Assembly (NCBI GenBank): GCA_002269645.1
Contig: NIVC01001135.1
Coordinates: 124,001 to 188,000, forward strand
Length of the DNA: 64,000 nt
Origin: Macrostomum lignano
Taxonomy: Eukaryota
Direction: 5' to 3'
Part shown: piece by piece, positions 62,838-64,000 of the stretch
Layout of the letters: each line of letters begins with the position of its first letter
Position numbering within the stretch: position 1 is the stretch's first letter
The notes under the pieces: model-generated
What the model was told of the DNA's origin: nothing
What the model saw: only the letters and a program-made list of their open reading frames with translations
The model's database searches: none
Program-made: the position numbers and the translations under genes

Positions 62838-62946
62838 CCCGCTGTGCTTTACGCGCAGCCTGCGGCTCGCCCGCAGCTCCTACCCGGCGCCGCGTCTTCG
62901 TCGCGGAGGGGAGCACCTCTCTTGGGAAGGGGTCGAAGAGCGCCGG
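62838..62946 (+). ncRNA. HDV-like self-cleaving ribozyme at the LINE 5' end
   Basis: P2 62884-91/62938-46; P3 GCG/CGC around L3 TCTTCGT; P1 3' strand GGAGGGG; P1.1 C62896-G62913 and T62897-A62912; P4 ACCTCT/AGGGGT; J4/2 CGAA with catalytic C62934. P1 5' strand is CCC (62838-40) + CTCC (62877-80). Confidence 0.85.
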
Positions 62947-64000
62947 AAAACGGACACTACGTCCCTCGTGCTTTTGGTTACTTGGATTGTTATCTTTCTC
63001 TGCAGCGCGTACCTGGACCACGGGAAGCTCGGCAGTGAGGCCCGCCACCTTCCCACGCTGCTGCTCAGGGCCGGTGATATCGAGCTCAACCCGGGACCTG
63101 CTCTCTGCGGGCAGCGTGAGTGCGGACGCCCGCTCAGAGGGAAGTCCCTCCACTGCCGCATCTGTGATAAGTACTACCACCTCCAACGCGACTGCTCCGG
63201 GCTGAGCAGATGGGCGGCTAACAAGGCCATCGGCTCCACCGAATGGCGCTGCACTAGCTGCACGAACCGAGGCAGCAACGCCGTCAATTCCACTTATTCT
63301 TTCGACTCGGACAGCCAGCCAGAGGTGGCCCCTACTGAAGTCGCCGAAGTTAGCCGGCGACAAGAACTGCTCCAACGCATCCAACGAGACAAGCCGAACT
63401 GCACCCACTGCCGCAAACCCATCCGAATCAGCACTGTTATTGCGTGCCGTAACACCTGCGAAGGTCTCTTCCATAATGCTTGCACCCAGGCCACCCGGGA
63501 TCAGATTAAACGCGAAGTCAGCAGGGGAATGTGGCGCTGCCCTCCTTGCTCGAAAGCAGCCAGCCGTAGTCCACCCTCCCCCACGGGCTCGGACCCGACC
63601 ATCCCTAGGCGCGGCAGCTCAGCTCCCGGTTGGGACAGCTCGAAACCGACCTTAACCATTCTGCAATGGAACGCCGACGGGATCTGCAACAAGATGGGGG
63701 AGCTGGAGGAACTAGCTCAGAGACTTCAGGTCGATATTATCACCGTCCAGGAGTCCAAGCTCACGTCGCTCAATCGAACCCCTAAGCTGTCAGGCTATTC
63801 CACCGTTCGCAAGGATCGCAAAGTAGCTAGGCTCGACCCCAGCATCAAAGGAGGAGGCCTGTTGCTCTTCGTCCGCCAAGGCATTCCGTATCGTAAAATC
63901 CAGGGCTGGAACGGCGGCACCACTGAAGGGAGCCGTATCGTCGTGAACACGTCCGCCCGCGACAGACTTATCATCACCAATATTTATCGCCCCCCGATCC
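62838..64000 (+). mobile_element. Ingi/L1Tc/Vingi-like non-LTR retrotransposon, 5' part (ribozyme, 2A, 2 PHD fingers, APE); runs off the window
   Basis: One stop-free frame 62812-64000: LLLRAGDIELNPGP; C4HC3-like fingers CGQREC..CRIC..H..C..WRCTSC and CTHC..CRNTC..HNAC..WRCPPC; APE motifs LQWNADG, TVQESKL, RKDR..GGGLLLFVR, NIYRPP. Clade is tentative without the RT. Confidence 0.92.

Overview
Eukaryotic (animal) genomic DNA with GC-rich exons, AT-rich intergenic tracts and a different minisatellite in most long introns. This style suggests a flatworm such as Macrostomum (inference from composition only). Genes supported by motifs and phase-consistent splice sites: an Srw/myosuppressin-type GPCR (partial, -), a divergent intron-containing histone H2A, lysosomal alpha-mannosidase (GH38, 5 exons), a SAP130-like gene, a PAN + C-type lectin (-), an unidentified alpha-helical protein (7 or more exons), the mitochondrial SAM carrier SLC25A26, ATE1, and a small unidentified gene (-). 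Two paralogous C/D-box snoRNAs, one upstream of H2A and one in its intron, carry a 14-nt guide to the 28S rRNA peptidyl-transferase region. The window ends in the 5' part of an Ingi/L1Tc-like LINE. Its first 109 nt fold into a complete HDV-like ribozyme whose P1 helix appears to be interrupted by a spacer-free two-hairpin insert (four-way junction); an AUG-less ORF follows, with a hydrophobic segment, a 2A peptide, two PHD fingers and an APE endonuclease. Also notable are kb-scale CpG-free tracts rich in TAGGCCTA, and an in-frame 24-bp array within ATE1. All folds, counts and alignments were done by eye, and reference sequences were recalled from memory.
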